Source: Bacteroidota bacterium | Lineage (GTDB): Bacteria > Bacteroidota > Bacteroidia > Chitinophagales > BACL12 | Length of the DNA: 35,683 bases | Direction: 5' to 3' | Assembly: GCA_031402635.1 (NCBI GenBank) | Contig: JANNSM010000010.1 | Coordinates: forward strand, 1-35,683 | Shown here: positions 1 to 10,850 of the stretch, piece after piece | How positions within the stretch are numbered: the stretch's first letter is position 1 | How the letters are laid out: the number at the start of each line of letters is the position of its first letter | Notes under the pieces: generated by a model | Seen by the model: only the letters and a program-made list of their open reading frames with translations | What the model was told of the DNA's origin: nothing | The model's database searches: none | Translations under genes and position numbers: made by a program

Positions 1-92
1 GCGGCCCGCTTTTTTAGTCTGACCGATATATTTTGGAGGATAAATTCCAGCCTTGTCCAGAAAATCTATTGCTGAAAGCAAGTTAACCCGGT

Positions 93-389
93 TTACAATT
101 TCACAGGAGCGGGAGTTTTCCATTCCACAGGTGCATTGGGATCTTCGTAACCGTCAGGACGAGTCATATCCGTGCCGTCAGGTTCGATTTCCTCAATTCC
201 GTCTTCATCAATATGACCGTTAACCCGCGTCATTGCGGTATGGTCAAGAGAATCTTCTGCCATTTCGGCAAAACCATTCGGCTTCATTTGCAGGGAAATC
301 AGATCTTCCTGAATCGGGTCTTTGCTGCAGGATGTGAAGGCAAAGGTCAGGGTAAGACCGGCAATCAGGGCTAACGTGGCGGGTTTCAT
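93..389 (-). CDS. small secreted lipoprotein, unknown function
   Basis: Track ORF is 93..440. The internal ATG (cat at 387-389) gives MKPATLALIAGLTLTFAFTSC, a signal peptide plus lipobox Cys. The mature part is acidic; no family recognised. Confidence 0.6.
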   Translation of the reverse strand: MKPATLALIAGLTLTFAFTSCSKDPIQEDLISLQMKPNGFAEMAEDSLDHTAMTRVNGHIDEDGIEEIEPDGTDMTRPDGYEDPNAPVEWKTPAPVKL

Positions 390-450
390 GGGTGCGTAGT
401 TTTTGTCGTGTTTTGCGAATACGATGCAAAGACGCACCACATCTGTGGTT

Positions 451-519
451 TGTTACAGCAAACATGTGTTAAGTCCTGTTAAGGCCCTCTGTTAATCCTT
501 GTTAGGAGGTGTTAAGGAC
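451..519. repeat. phased array of TGTTAAG-like heptamers, about 10-bp period
   Basis: TGTTAC 451-456, TGTTAAG 467-473, TGTTAAG 477-483, TGTTAAT 490-496, TGTTAGG 500-506, TGTTAAG 510-516. The last five starts are spaced 10, 13, 10 and 10 bp. Lies between the fumC stop (587) and the lipoprotein start (389). Confidence 0.7.
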
Positions 520-586
520 TTGCCCGCCAAACGCACTGACAATCACCATGGGCCCATATGGGGCGTGGCTTTCAGCGTCTTAAGAT

Positions 587-1978
587 TTAGATTTCCCCGA
601 CCATTTTAGCGGGGTCCACCCAGGCATCAAATTCTTCTGAAGAAAGGTACCCCAAGGCAAGAGCGGCCTCTTTCAAGGTGGTATTTTCCACGTGAGCCTT
701 ATTGGCAATCTCCGCGGATTTGTAATACCCGATATGCGGGTTCAGTGCCGTGACCAGCATCAGCGATCGCTGTACCTTTTCCTCGATCACGGCATAGTTG
801 GGTTCAATACCCACTGCACAGTGCCGGTTAAAACTGTCACAGGCATCACCGATAAGCCGTGCTGAATGCAACAGATTGGCAATCATCATTGGTTTGAAAA
901 CATTCAGTTCGAAATGACCGGTAGCTCCGCCAATGTTGATGGCCACATCATTACCCAGCACTTGCGCACAAACCATCGTCAGTGCTTCCGCCTGCGTCGG
1001 GTTGACCTTGCCCGGCATAATAGAAGAGCCGGGTTCATTGGCGGGAATAGAAAGCTCTCCGATGCCACTTCGTGGTCCTGAAGCCAGCATCCGAATATCA
1101 TTGGCAATCTTCATCAGACTGCAAGCGGCCGTTTTTAACGCACCCGACATCTCCACAATAGCGTCGTGCGCGGCAAGCGCTTCAAACTTGTTGGGCGCCG
1201 TAACAAAAGGCAGTCCGCTCAGCGCAGCAATTCGGCCTGCAACATGCGTGGAGTAGCCTTTCGGCGTATTGATCCCGGTACCCACCGCTGTTCCGCCCAG
1301 CGCCAGTTCTGACAAATGAGGAAGCGCATTTCGAATGGCCTTCATCGCGTAATCAACCTGGGCGGCATAACCACTAAATTCCTGGCCCAGGGTAAGCGGA
1401 GTGGCATCCATCAGGTGGGTCCGTCCAATTTTCACGATGTGCATAAAAGCCAGCGACTTTTCGCGAAGGGTATTGCGAAGGGCTTCCATTCCGGGAAGTG
1501 TGATCTCAGCAACCATCTGGTAACCGGCAATGTGCATAGCCGTCGGGAAGGTATCATTAGACGACTGGCTCATGTTGACATGATCATTCGGATGAACCGC
1601 TTTTTTTTCATCCGTCAGTTTACCGCCCTGAAGCACATGGGCGCGGTAAGCCAGCACTTCGTTGACATTCATATTGCTCTGGGTACCTGAACCCGTTTGC
1701 CAGATCACCAACGGGAACTGGTCATCAAACTGCCCGGCCAGGACTTCATCGGCAGCCTGCTGAATTAAAGCAGAACGCGAAGTGTCCAAAACTCCGAGCG
1801 CTTCATTGGTTTGCGCGGCAGCCTTTTTCAGGATGGCAAACGCCCGGATGATTTCCCGGGGCATAAGCTGACCCCCGATGGTGAAATTCTCCAGCGAACG
1901 CTGCGTCTGTGCTCCCCAATATTTGTCAGCGGGCACCTGAACAGGCCCAAGGGTATCTTTCTCAATTCTGAATTCCAT
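587..1978 (-). CDS. fumC: class II fumarate hydratase
   Basis: N-terminus [28 protein letters not shown] matches the FumC N-terminus. Fumarate-lyase signature [13 protein letters not shown] is present. 463 aa from the ATG at 1976-1978. The track ORF extends to 2026, adding 16 residues atypical for FumC. Confidence 0.93.
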   Translation of the reverse strand: MEFRIEKDTLGPVQVPADKYWGAQTQRSLENFTIGGQLMPREIIRAFAILKKAAAQTNEALGVLDTSRSALIQQAADEVLAGQFDDQFPLVIWQTGSGTQSNMNVNEVLAYRAHVLQGGKLTDEKKAVHPNDHVNMSQSSNDTFPTAMHIAGYQMVAEITLPGMEALRNTLREKSLAFMHIVKIGRTHLMDATPLTLGQEFSGYAAQVDYAMKAIRNALPHLSELALGGTAVGTGINTPKGYSTHVAGRIAALSGLPFVTAPNKFEALAAHDAIVEMSGALKTAACSLMKIANDIRMLASGPRSGIGELSIPANEPGSSIMPGKVNPTQAEALTMVCAQVLGNDVAINIGGATGHFELNVFKPMMIANLLHSARLIGDACDSFNRHCAVGIEPNYAVIEEKVQRSLMLVTALNPHIGYYKSAEIANKAHVENTTLKEAALALGYLSSEEFDAWVDPAKMVGEI

Positions 1979-2034
1979 GTAAATTGGATTTGGTGGAAAC
2001 GGCTCAATGGCTTCCTGCTCGAACATAGTTTTTA

Positions 2035-2823
2035 TTACTCGCCGGTGAAACGGGCTTTGCGCTTTTCCAGAAAAGCAGCGGTTCCCTCCCGGAAATCTGC
2101 GGTGCCCGTCAATTCACCGAAATACGACGATTCCAGCGCATAGCCTGCACCGATAGTCTTTTCGGTCCGGTATTTTGCATTGACCAGATCAATGCAGCGG
2201 GCTACAGCCAAAGGTCCTTTTGATGCAATAGTTCGGAGGATTTTTTCAGCGGTACTGTGCAATTCCGATTGCGGAACCACCTGGTTGACCAAGCCTATAC
2301 GGTAGGCTTCCGTTGCATCAACCATGTTGCCGGTTAGCAGAAGTTCCATCGCGCGGCCTTTTCCGACAAGTTCCGCGAGACGTTGGGTACCGCCATATCC
2401 GGGCACAGTACCCAGGTTGACTTCCGGCTGTCCAAATTTTGCGTTTTCTGAAGCGATCCGGATATGGCAGGCCATCGCTAATTCGCAACCGCCTCCCAAG
2501 GCAAATCCGTTCACTGCAGCGATGACCGGCTTGGGTCCGGCTTCAATCCGGTTCAATATCCGGTGGCCTTCAGCAGAGAGCTGAGCGCCCTGTTCGGGGC
2601 TGAAGTCAGCGAATTCGGAGATGTCAGCACCGGCGGCGAATGCCTTTTCGCCAGAACCGGTAAGGATAATACCTGCGATGTCACGGCGTTCTGAAACCCG
2701 GATGACCGCCTGTTCCAGGAGAGCCAGTAATTCACGGTTGAGGGCGTTCAGGCTCTGGGGACGGTTGATCGTCAGCCATACTATGCCTTCGCGTTCTTCA
2801 GCAATCAGAATAGACGTTTCCAT
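2035..2823 (-). CDS. enoyl-CoA hydratase/isomerase (crotonase) family protein
   Basis: 262 aa from the ATG at 2821-2823 ([22 protein letters not shown]). Crotonase motifs FAAGADI and [16 protein letters not shown]. The track ORF start at 2862 is probably too long. Confidence 0.88.
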   Translation of the reverse strand: METSILIAEEREGIVWLTINRPQSLNALNRELLALLEQAVIRVSERRDIAGIILTGSGEKAFAAGADISEFADFSPEQGAQLSAEGHRILNRIEAGPKPVIAAVNGFALGGGCELAMACHIRIASENAKFGQPEVNLGTVPGYGGTQRLAELVGKGRAMELLLTGNMVDATEAYRIGLVNQVVPQSELHSTAEKILRTIASKGPLAVARCIDLVNAKYRTEKTIGAGYALESSYFGELTGTADFREGTAAFLEKRKARFTGE

Positions 2824-2919
2824 GTAAAAATTTTCGGCGGAACCGATGCTGCGGGTTACCAAACCCCATGCGTAAAATCAGCCCGTTATGGCCTTTGTAG
2901 CAGGGGCCAAAGATAGCCC

Positions 2920-2967
2920 GGGAGGGCGGAATTGCCGTAACTTAGCGCCAATTCCAACAGCCCTCCC
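2920..2967. other. interrupted 15-bp hairpin in the divergent crotonase/mutA intergenic region
   Basis: GGGAGGGC (2920-2927) plus GGAATTG (2928-2934) pair with CAATTCC (2949-2955) and GCCCTCCC (2960-2967). Loop is 14 nt with a 4-nt bulge (AACA). Sits 30 nt upstream of the mutA ATG. Confidence 0.5.
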
Positions 2968-2996
2968 GCTGTCCCTGGAACATCTCAGGATTTTCT

Positions 2997-4355
2997 ATGG
3001 AACAAGACCTGTTTCGCGAATTCCCCCCCACCCCCGATGCCGACTGGGAAAAGCAACTTGCCCGCGAACTCCGGGGTGCCGATTACGGGGAAAAATTGAA
3101 CTGGCACGCTCCGGATGGAGCGGCAGATAGTCCCACTGTCCGGCCCTATTACCGGCGCAAAGATTCTCCCCCAGTGGAGATTCCGGGGTTGAGCCAAAAC
3201 CCCGGTCTGGTTCACCGGGCTGTTTGGGAAACGGACGATCCGGACGGCCTGTTACACGCCGCCTTGCAAGCACAAAACCGGGATGCTGCCGGGATGGATA
3301 TTTATTTGCCGGTTGAGGCCATAGCCCGTTTACAGACTTATGTTTCAGGGGCCACAAGCCTTCCGCTGCGCTGGTTTGCCACAGACTTTCCCGAAAGTGA
3401 AAAGGCCCTTCCACCGGGACCGTGCCTGTTGGATCTGCCAGGCTTTTATGCGCGATCGGGCGGAGGATTATATGGCACTATTTCAGAAGCATGGGACCTT
3501 TTGGTGAAGCATGTATCCAAAACCACCCCGGGGAACCCTTCCCTCTTTTTAAATGCCACACTTTTTGCGGATTCGGGAGCGGATATTCCAACGGAGCTGG
3601 GCGCAACCTGGTCAGCCCTGTTTGAGGTTTTTACCGAACTTGACAACCGCGGAATTGCCCCTGAAAAAACGGCTAAAGCCCTTGTTTTAAGGGTAGCCGC
3701 CGGCCCTAATTTCTTTTTTGAACTGGCAAAATTCCGGGCACTGCGCAATGGCTGGGCTCTGCTGACCCAGACGATAAACAAAACGGGATCACCGCTTCCC
3801 CAACCGGAAATTCTGGCGACTACAACCACGTGGAACCTGGCCGTCAGCGATGCGCACAACAACCTCCTGCGGCTGACCGTGCAGGCTGCTTCGGCCATGC
3901 TGGGGGGTGCGGATGTTTTGTCGTTGCCCCGCTATGACCAGCATACTACCCCTGATACCGATTTTGCCCGACGGCTTTCTGAAAACCTGACGCTCTTGTT
4001 AGACCGGGAAGCACATCTGCTGCGGGTTTCCGATCCGGCTGCCGGTTCCTGGTATATTGAACAACTCACGGATGAACTGGGCGAAATGGCCTGGACACGT
4101 TTTCAAAAACTGGAGGCGGACGGTGGATTTGGAAATGCATTGAAAAACGGACAAATAAGGCGTTGGATCGGCGAGTCACGGGATCGAAAAACGGAGGCTT
4201 TAAAGCGCGCCGGAAGCGGCTGGATCGGCGTGACAAAATTCCGGCCGGTCGGTCCGGCAGTGGCCCTCAAAAAGGCGTCCCCTGCCGCAACGTTGTTTGA
4301 ACCTATCCTTATCTGGGATGCAGAAGCGGACCTCACAGTTGCCACCACACCCTAA
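2997..4355 (+). CDS. mutA: methylmalonyl-CoA mutase small (beta) subunit-like protein
   Basis: 452 aa, immediately 5' of the large subunit. Resembles the mutase substrate-barrel domain by eye (e.g. DPAAGSWYIEQLTDEL). Has no C-terminal DxHxxG cobalamin domain. Confidence 0.8.
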   Translation: MEQDLFREFPPTPDADWEKQLARELRGADYGEKLNWHAPDGAADSPTVRPYYRRKDSPPVEIPGLSQNPGLVHRAVWETDDPDGLLHAALQAQNRDAAGMDIYLPVEAIARLQTYVSGATSLPLRWFATDFPESEKALPPGPCLLDLPGFYARSGGGLYGTISEAWDLLVKHVSKTTPGNPSLFLNATLFADSGADIPTELGATWSALFEVFTELDNRGIAPEKTAKALVLRVAAGPNFFFELAKFRALRNGWALLTQTINKTGSPLPQPEILATTTTWNLAVSDAHNNLLRLTVQAASAMLGGADVLSLPRYDQHTTPDTDFARRLSENLTLLLDREAHLLRVSDPAAGSWYIEQLTDELGEMAWTRFQKLEADGGFGNALKNGQIRRWIGESRDRKTEALKRAGSGWIGVTKFRPVGPAVALKKASPAATLFEPILIWDAEADLTVATTP

Positions 4356-4397
4356 AACCCGATTTCGTCAAAAACATGAAATCAACGGAAGTCTACC

Positions 4398-6572
4398 ATG
4401 AGCACTGACGTTCAACGAGTGCCTTACCGCCGGGTCACCGTTTTGCCGCAGACGGCTGCCGGTGAGTCGGACAATGGCCAGAACATAAACCGCAGGGATC
4501 AACCTGCAGAAACCTTAACCCCTGAAGGCATTGTCATTCCCCGGCGATTCGGACCAGAAATCCTCAACGAACTGGAACATTTGGATTTTGGCGCCGGCGT
4601 CTCCCCTTTCCTTCGCGGGCCCTATGGTTCGATGTACATTTTACGTCCCTGGACCATCCGACAGTATGCGGGTTTCAGCACTGCGGAAGCCTCCAATGCA
4701 TTCTATAAGCGCAACCTGGCAGCGGGGCAAAAAGGGTTATCCGTTGCCTTTGATTTGGCCACTCACCGCGGTTACGACTCCGACCATGAACGCGTTACCG
4801 GAGATGTCGGCATGGCGGGTGTGGCCATTGATTCGGTCGAAGACATGAAGGTGCTTTTTGACGGCATTCCGTTGGGCGAAATGTCCGTATCCATGACCAT
4901 GAACGGAGCCGTGATTCCCATCATGGCTTTTTATATCGTTGCTGCAGAAGAGCAAGGCGTAATTCCTGACCAACTTCGGGGCACCATCCAGAACGATATT
5001 CTCAAGGAGTTCATGGTGCGCAATACCTATATCTATCCGCCCGGCCCTTCGATGCGCATCATCGCTGATATTTTCCGGTACACAGCCGCGCAAATGCCGC
5101 TGTTCAATTCCATCAGCGTTTCCGGTTACCACATGCAGGAAGCCGGCGCCACCGCTGACCTGGAGCTGGCCTATACCCTGGCCGATGGTCTGGAATATGT
5201 AAGAACCGGACTCGCTGCAGGGCTGGCCATTGATGAATTCGCACCGCGGATTTCTTTTTTCTGGGGCGTGGGCATGGACCACTTCATGGAGATTGCCAAG
5301 CTGCGGGCCGGACGACTGCTCTGGTCTAAGTTGCTTCGCAACTTCGACCCGAAAGATGAAAAATCCATGGCTCTGCGAACCCATTGCCAGACTTCAGGCT
5401 GGAGCCTTGCCGGTCAGGATCCATACAACAATGTCGGCAGAACGGCGATTGAGGCGTTGGCCGCCGCGATGGGCCACACACAAAGTCTTCACACCAATGC
5501 CCTGGATGAAGCCATTGCACTGCCCACGGATTTTTCAGCGAGAATAGCCCGTAACACCCAACTTGTTTTACAGGAGGAAACCGGAATTACCCGTGTGGTG
5601 GATCCCTGGGGTGGTTCATACTACGTAGAATATCTTACGGATCAGCTCGCCCGAAAAGCCTGGTCCCATATTCAGGAAGTTGAAAGACTCGGGGGTATGG
5701 CCAAAGCGATAGAAACCGGTCTGCCCAAAATGCGGATTGAAGAAGCAGCAGCCCGCAAACAAGCCCGGCTGGATGCCGGAAAAGATATTCTGGTCGGGGT
5801 CAATGCCTACCAAATTCAGGATTCCGATCCGATGGAAATCCTGTCCATAGACAACGAAGCCGTTCGCCGTTCACAGGTCGCGCGGCTTGAACAACTTCGC
5901 CGGGAGCGCGACAGTCATGCGGTGCAGGCGGCACTGGATGCACTGGAAGCCGGCGCTAAAGATCCACAGGCCAATTTGCTTGAACTGGCTGTAGAATGTG
6001 CCAGAAAACGGGCAACACTGGGGGAAATCTCCTCCGCCCTGGAAAACGTATTTGGCCGTTACCAGGCGGTGATTCGCTCCATCCACGGGGTTTATGCAAA
6101 AGAAATTGCCATGGACGAACGATTCCACACTGCGCTGGAGCGCTCCGATCGTTTTGCCGAATTGGAAGGGCGCCGTCCGCGCATTCTGGTAGCCAAACTC
6201 GGACAGGACGGTCACGACCGGGGAGCCAAAGTCATTGCCACCTCTTTTGCCGATCTCGGTTTTGACGTGGATATCGGCCCCCTGTTTCAAACACCTGCCG
6301 AAGTTGCCCGCCAGGCGCTGGAAAACGATGTACACGTGGTCGGGGTTTCCAGTCTTGCCGGTGGACACAAAACCCTGGTTCCCCAAGTCATCGAAGAACT
6401 CACCAGACTTGGCCGTCCGGATATTATGGTCATCTGTGGCGGGGTAATCCCGGAGCAAGACCACGAAGCGCTTTATCAGGCCGGAGCTGTTGGCATCTTC
6501 GGACCCGGCACCGTGATTGCGGAAGCGGCAATCAATATTCTGGATTTGCTGATTAAAAGCCGTATGGCTTGA
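4398..6572 (+). CDS. mutB: methylmalonyl-CoA mutase large (alpha) subunit
   Basis: 724 aa. Mutase barrel motifs ([21 protein letters not shown]). C-terminal B12-binding domain [18 protein letters not shown] contains DxHxxG. Confidence 0.95.
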   Translation: MSTDVQRVPYRRVTVLPQTAAGESDNGQNINRRDQPAETLTPEGIVIPRRFGPEILNELEHLDFGAGVSPFLRGPYGSMYILRPWTIRQYAGFSTAEASNAFYKRNLAAGQKGLSVAFDLATHRGYDSDHERVTGDVGMAGVAIDSVEDMKVLFDGIPLGEMSVSMTMNGAVIPIMAFYIVAAEEQGVIPDQLRGTIQNDILKEFMVRNTYIYPPGPSMRIIADIFRYTAAQMPLFNSISVSGYHMQEAGATADLELAYTLADGLEYVRTGLAAGLAIDEFAPRISFFWGVGMDHFMEIAKLRAGRLLWSKLLRNFDPKDEKSMALRTHCQTSGWSLAGQDPYNNVGRTAIEALAAAMGHTQSLHTNALDEAIALPTDFSARIARNTQLVLQEETGITRVVDPWGGSYYVEYLTDQLARKAWSHIQEVERLGGMAKAIETGLPKMRIEEAAARKQARLDAGKDILVGVNAYQIQDSDPMEILSIDNEAVRRSQVARLEQLRRERDSHAVQAALDALEAGAKDPQANLLELAVECARKRATLGEISSALENVFGRYQAVIRSIHGVYAKEIAMDERFHTALERSDRFAELEGRRPRILVAKLGQDGHDRGAKVIATSFADLGFDVDIGPLFQTPAEVARQALENDVHVVGVSSLAGGHKTLVPQVIEELTRLGRPDIMVICGGVIPEQDHEALYQAGAVGIFGPGTVIAEAAINILDLLIKSRMA

Positions 6573-7642
6573 GTATCTCCCGCAAAGAGGCCGGCGAGAA
6601 ATTTCTGAGCCGCCAACAGGAGTCTTTCCAACCCGCTACCCTGATTGCCGGGCTGCGCTCCGGCGACCGCAATGCCCTTGCCCGGGCGCTGACGCTGGTG
6701 GAAAGCGAAAGGCCGGAGCACCGTAAGCTGGCCCGGGAGGTCGTTGAATCCTGTCTGCGAGAAAAAGCCGCAGAAAAAAGTGGCCGGCACTCGCTGCGCA
6801 TCGGCATCACCGGAGTTCCGGGTGTAGGCAAAAGCACTTTTATTGAAGGCCTGGGCATGAAAATGGTCAGAGAAGGGTACCGGGTTGCCGTTTTGGCTGT
6901 GGATCCTTCCAGTGAAAAAAGCGGTGGAAGCATCCTTGGTGACAAGACCCGGATGGAAAAACTTGCAAGCCAGGAATCGGCCTTCATCCGGCCTTCGCCG
7001 GCAAGGGGCACACTGGGAGGTGTTGTTGACCGCACCCGGGAGCATATCCTGCTTTTTGAAGCCGCCGGCTACGACATGGTGTTGGTTGAAACCGTTGGGG
7101 TTGGGCAAAGCGAAACGGCGGTACACGGCATGGTGGACTGTTTTCTGCTGCTGCTGCTCCCCGGGGCCGGCGACGAGCTCCAGGGGATAAAACGCGGCAT
7201 TGTGGAAATGGCCGATCAGCTCGTAGTCAACAAAAGCGATGGCGACAACGAAGCACGTGCCCGCGAAACCCAACAGGATTATCAACGGGCGCTGCACCTT
7301 TTTCCCCCGGCAGAAAACGGCTGGATACCACCGGTTTTGCGGTGTTCGTCACTAACCGGGGAAAGCTTACAGGAGATTTATTCAAAGTTGTTCCAATTCC
7401 GCGACGCCATGAATGAGAGTGGAGCATTTTCAGAGCGCCGCCGCCGTCAGGCCGGCGACTGGTTGCACGAGGCCATCCATGACGCGCTGACTTCCGGATT
7501 TTACAATCACCCGGATATACGGCGTGAACTCAGCGAAGAAGAAACCAGCGTTCTCGCCGGTGAAGTACATCCGCTGCAGGCCGCAGAAAGGTTGATCAGG
7601 CTGTTTGAGCAGCGGCAGGACCGCAGCCAGTCAGGCATATAA
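6569..7642 (+). CDS. meaB: methylmalonyl-CoA mutase-associated GTPase (MeaB/ArgK)
   Basis: P-loop [12 protein letters not shown] and G4 motif NKSD. No in-frame ATG precedes the P-loop, so the TTG at 6569-6571 is the likely start. It overlaps the mutB stop as TTGA, consistent with translational coupling. Confidence 0.9.
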   Translation: MSISRKEAGEKFLSRQQESFQPATLIAGLRSGDRNALARALTLVESERPEHRKLAREVVESCLREKAAEKSGRHSLRIGITGVPGVGKSTFIEGLGMKMVREGYRVAVLAVDPSSEKSGGSILGDKTRMEKLASQESAFIRPSPARGTLGGVVDRTREHILLFEAAGYDMVLVETVGVGQSETAVHGMVDCFLLLLLPGAGDELQGIKRGIVEMADQLVVNKSDGDNEARARETQQDYQRALHLFPPAENGWIPPVLRCSSLTGESLQEIYSKLFQFRDAMNESGAFSERRRRQAGDWLHEAIHDALTSGFYNHPDIRRELSEEETSVLAGEVHPLQAAERLIRLFEQRQDRSQSGI

Positions 7643-7665
7643 CCTGAGTTGACTTTGGCGCTGTT

Positions 7666-8745
7666 TTATAACTGCGCAATCAGGGTCTGGAAAAACTCAG
7701 ACCAGGCGGCGTGCAGATGAAGGTTTTCTTTAGCAAACCGCACGATGAGGATGTTCTTGGGCGGGTAAACATACAGGTACTGCCCGTACAACCCTGCGGC
7801 AAGGTAGATCCCTGCACTTTCCCCTTCAAGCCACATGTGATTCTTGTACCGGATAAATTGCCCGGCCAGGGTATCGCCATGCGTGCCTTCTTCAAAAAAT
7901 TCGCGGGGAATAAGTTGCTCCCCATCCCAGTCTCCTTTGCGCATCATCAGCCGGCCAAAGCGGGCAAAGTCAAGCGCTGTGGCGTTCAGGCAACAAAAAG
8001 CCTTTGGTGTTCCTTCAGCATCAGTGCTCCAGTTCACCGGATTTTCGGTGCCGATTTTTGCCCAGATGCGCTCATGAAGATACTCCTCAACCGGCTTTCC
8101 GGTGGCTGCTTCCAGCACCATCGAGAGCACTTGTGTATTCCCGTTTTCGTAACGAAAAGTTTTGCCCGGCGGATGCCTTCTGCCAAGATCCTGTTGGTAA
8201 ATCCGGTCTAAATGATTGCTGTAATACAACCAGCCTTCTGCCGGATACCGGATTCCCGAGGTGTGATTCAACAGATGATTGATGGTTACATCCGCAAAGG
8301 GAAAATCCGGCAGATAGCGCTGAACCGGATCGTGTAGAGACCCGATTTTTGCTTCACGGAAAGCGATGCTGACCAGACTGCCCACGAAGGTTTTGGCAAC
8401 AGAAAAACTGGTCATCGGATCGCCTGCATTCATTCCCCGGAAATAGCGTTCATACAAAACCGTATCATTTCTTATGACAAGAAATGCCAGGGTGGAGGAT
8501 CGGGTCAGATAATCATCCATGCTCTCTGTACCCAGGCCCAACACCGTTGGAACCATTTGCAAACGACCTCCAAGGTTTAAATCGGGCTCAGGACGTTTCC
8601 AGACAAAAGGAATATTGGCCGGTTGTAATTCCACGCTGGAAAAGCGAAACTGGTCCGTATAGTTTGGGGAGTTAAGAATCACGCGGCGGCTGAAAGTACA
8701 ACCGGTTAATATCAGCGCGATTAGCGCCAGCCCGATAAGTCGCAT
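7666..8745 (-). CDS. serine hydrolase, beta-lactamase (class C-like) family lipoprotein
   Basis: Signal plus lipobox MRLIGLALIALILTGC. S-x-x-K motif (FSVAKTF) and Y-x-N motif (YYSNH). Confidence 0.8.
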   Translation of the reverse strand: MRLIGLALIALILTGCTFSRRVILNSPNYTDQFRFSSVELQPANIPFVWKRPEPDLNLGGRLQMVPTVLGLGTESMDDYLTRSSTLAFLVIRNDTVLYERYFRGMNAGDPMTSFSVAKTFVGSLVSIAFREAKIGSLHDPVQRYLPDFPFADVTINHLLNHTSGIRYPAEGWLYYSNHLDRIYQQDLGRRHPPGKTFRYENGNTQVLSMVLEAATGKPVEEYLHERIWAKIGTENPVNWSTDAEGTPKAFCCLNATALDFARFGRLMMRKGDWDGEQLIPREFFEEGTHGDTLAGQFIRYKNHMWLEGESAGIYLAAGLYGQYLYVYPPKNILIVRFAKENLHLHAAWSEFFQTLIAQL

Positions 8746-8802
8746 AAGAGATGGGAATTGCCCGGTAAAAATACACTATCCTGAACCGCCCGTTCTGAGA
8801 AA

Positions 8803-9078
8803 TTATTTTCCCGATCCGGTTTTATCCTTAGCGGACTTTACCGGTTTGACGGAATCATCGCGCTCCTTACCGCCCTCGCTGTTATCATCCTGCAATTTTT
8901 TATCATGGGTGTGCCGGTTCAGAAATTCGTTAATACGCTCCACGGGAAAATTGGAGGAAATTTCGCCGAAGGAGTTGATTTCGATTTCAAAACCTTCCAA
9001 TTCTTTATTGACGGCAGGCTTTTGGTCTTTGGACTTTGGGGCTTTTGGCTTTGGGGCTTTTGACTTTTTTGCGGGCAT
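8803..9078 (-). CDS. hypothetical Lys-rich small protein
   Basis: 91-aa ORF with lysine-rich termini (KAPKPKAPKSK). Co-oriented between gltX and the hydrolase. No family recognised. Confidence 0.5.
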   Translation of the reverse strand: MPAKKSKAPKPKAPKSKDQKPAVNKELEGFEIEINSFGEISSNFPVERINEFLNRHTHDKKLQDDNSEGGKERDDSVKPVKSAKDKTGSGK

Positions 9079-9140
9079 GATCTGGGAAGTGTGCTGATAA
9101 GATACTCAACTATCTGATAATCATTGATCGGCCTGCCGCG

Positions 9141-10673
9141 TTATGCCGTCGCGAGCATTTGGTCAAAGCGGATCAGGTTATCCCCAAGGCGCTGCAAACT
9201 TGCTTTTTTACCCAAGGCAGACATCATGTCAAAGGCCGGTGGACCCTGTACCGTTCCGGCAAGAGCCAGGCGAAGAACGGGAAGCACAGCACCCAGTCCG
9301 AGTTGTTCTGCCGCAGCAAATCGTTTCACCTCCGCTTCGAGCGATGCGGGGTCAAAATCATCGAGTTGTTGCAAAGCCGCGATCAATCGTTCAAAAACGG
9401 GCCGAAGAGACGGCTTGTATTTCTGGGCCAGCATTTTCTGGTCAAAGCTGCGCGGTTCCCCGAAAAAAAAATGCCCGACTTCCGGCATTTCCCGCAGAAA
9501 AAAAACGCGCTCTTTGAGCATACCGGCAATGGCGGGAAGGCTCTCCGGATTGTGCAAAATTCCTTGTTCGTCGAGCAGACTGGCCAGCCTTATTGCCAGT
9601 GTTTCGTTGTCCAACCGTTTGAGGTACTCCTGGTTAAACCAGCGGGCTTTTTCGTAATCAAAACGGGCGCCCGCTTTGTGAACGCGTTCAAGGCTGAAAG
9701 CTTCCACAAGCTCGTCTATGGTGAAAAGTTCCTGTTCCGTACCCGGATTCCATCCGAGCAATGCCAGGAAATTGATCAGGGCGCCCGGTTCAAAACCGCT
9801 TTCCCGAAAACCCATCCAGGTTTGCCCGGATTCAGTATCCTTCCAATTTAGCGGAAAGACCGGGAAACCGAGTTTGTCTGCGGTGCGTTTGCTGAGTTTG
9901 CCCTGCCCGTTGGGGTTAAGGATCAACGGCAAATGCGCAAAAGCCGGTCTTTCCCAACCGAGAAAACGGTACAGCAACACGTGCAGCGGGCCGGAGCTAA
10001 GCCATTCTTCCCCGCGGATTACGTGGGTAATCTGCATGAGATGATCGTCAACTACATTGGCGAGGTGGTAAGTTGGAAGACCATCTGCCTTAAGCAATAC
10101 CTTGTCATCCAGTTCATCACTGCTGAACGAAACCGTCCCACGGATCAGGTCATCAAAGACGATGGTTTCCGCAAACGGGATTTTCAGTCTGACTACTTTT
10201 TCGGCTCCGGAGGCCAAAAGGTCTGCAGTTTCTTGGGGAGGCAGGGACAAGCTGTTCCGCAATTTTCCACGGGTGTGTGCATCGTACTTAGGCGGAGTGC
10301 CAGTGGCTGCCTCGCCGACGGCCCTCCAGGCTTCCAGTTCTTCTTCGGTGTCGAAAGCGTAATAGGCATGACCGGCATCAATCAAATGGAGGGCATAGCG
10401 AGCGTAAATCCCGCTGCGCTCGGACTGTCGGTAAGGGTGATGGGGTCCCCCCTGTCCGGGGCTTTCATCGGGAACAAGCCCGCACCACCCGAGTGCTTCG
10501 GTAATATATTCTTCGGCCTTTTCGACATAACGCTTCTGATCGGTGTCTTCAATCCGGAGCAGAAAACGGCCGCCGTGTTTGCGGGCAAACAGGTAATTGT
10601 AAAGCGCCGTGCGGATGCCGCCAATGTGGAGCGGACCGGTCGGACTGGGGGCAAAACGTACACGAACATCCAT
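9141..10673 (-). CDS. gltX: glutamate--tRNA ligase
   Basis: 510 aa from the ATG at 10671-10673 (MDVRVRFAPSPTGPLHIGG). HIGH-type motif (HIGG) and KLSKR (KMSKS motif). The track ORF start at 10712 adds 13 non-conserved residues. Confidence 0.93.
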   Translation of the reverse strand: MDVRVRFAPSPTGPLHIGGIRTALYNYLFARKHGGRFLLRIEDTDQKRYVEKAEEYITEALGWCGLVPDESPGQGGPHHPYRQSERSGIYARYALHLIDAGHAYYAFDTEEELEAWRAVGEAATGTPPKYDAHTRGKLRNSLSLPPQETADLLASGAEKVVRLKIPFAETIVFDDLIRGTVSFSSDELDDKVLLKADGLPTYHLANVVDDHLMQITHVIRGEEWLSSGPLHVLLYRFLGWERPAFAHLPLILNPNGQGKLSKRTADKLGFPVFPLNWKDTESGQTWMGFRESGFEPGALINFLALLGWNPGTEQELFTIDELVEAFSLERVHKAGARFDYEKARWFNQEYLKRLDNETLAIRLASLLDEQGILHNPESLPAIAGMLKERVFFLREMPEVGHFFFGEPRSFDQKMLAQKYKPSLRPVFERLIAALQQLDDFDPASLEAEVKRFAAAEQLGLGAVLPVLRLALAGTVQGPPAFDMMSALGKKASLQRLGDNLIRFDQMLATA

Positions 10674-10850
10674 GAAGGTGCTGATCTTTATTTCTAAATG
10701 CCTGGACTGCAATAATTTACAGAGGCGTTAACATAGCCGGCAAGCAATGTAAACAAAGGCATCGCAATCGGTTAAAGTTAGGGTTGAATGGGTAACTTTG
10801 ACGTGAACACCCCGCTTATGGACGCCTTACCTCAAGCAGCGCCAAGATCC

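Noticed and set aside
1-15. gcggcccgctttttt at the window start as a terminator
   Set aside because: This looks like the 3' half of a hairpin plus T-tract, but the 5' arm lies outside the window, so it cannot be verified.
866-1690. Plus-strand ORFs 866..1081, 933..1256, 1316..1690 (and 1811..2143) inside fumC
   Set aside because: They lie antisense to a gene with unmistakable FumC motifs. They have low-complexity Arg/Ser/Ala-rich translations typical of shadow ORFs in GC-rich DNA.
2824-2996. Cobalamin riboswitch upstream of the B12-dependent mutase operon (also checked upstream of the TonB receptor, 32057-32112)
   Set aside because: I could not find the conserved B12-box or the multi-stem core by eye. 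Only a simple hairpin is present. A covariance-model scan is needed for certainty.
4737-7297. Long minus-strand ORFs 4737..5384, 5871..6464, 6476..7297, 6553..7035 opposite mutB/meaB
   Set aside because: They are shadow frames of strongly supported plus-strand genes. No motifs were seen, and composition is biased (Gly/Arg/Pro/Ala).
9124-10697. Plus-strand ORFs 9124..9657, 9159..9851, 9933..10697 opposite gltX
   Set aside because: They are antisense to a gene carrying the HIGH and KMSKS motifs. No recognisable domains.
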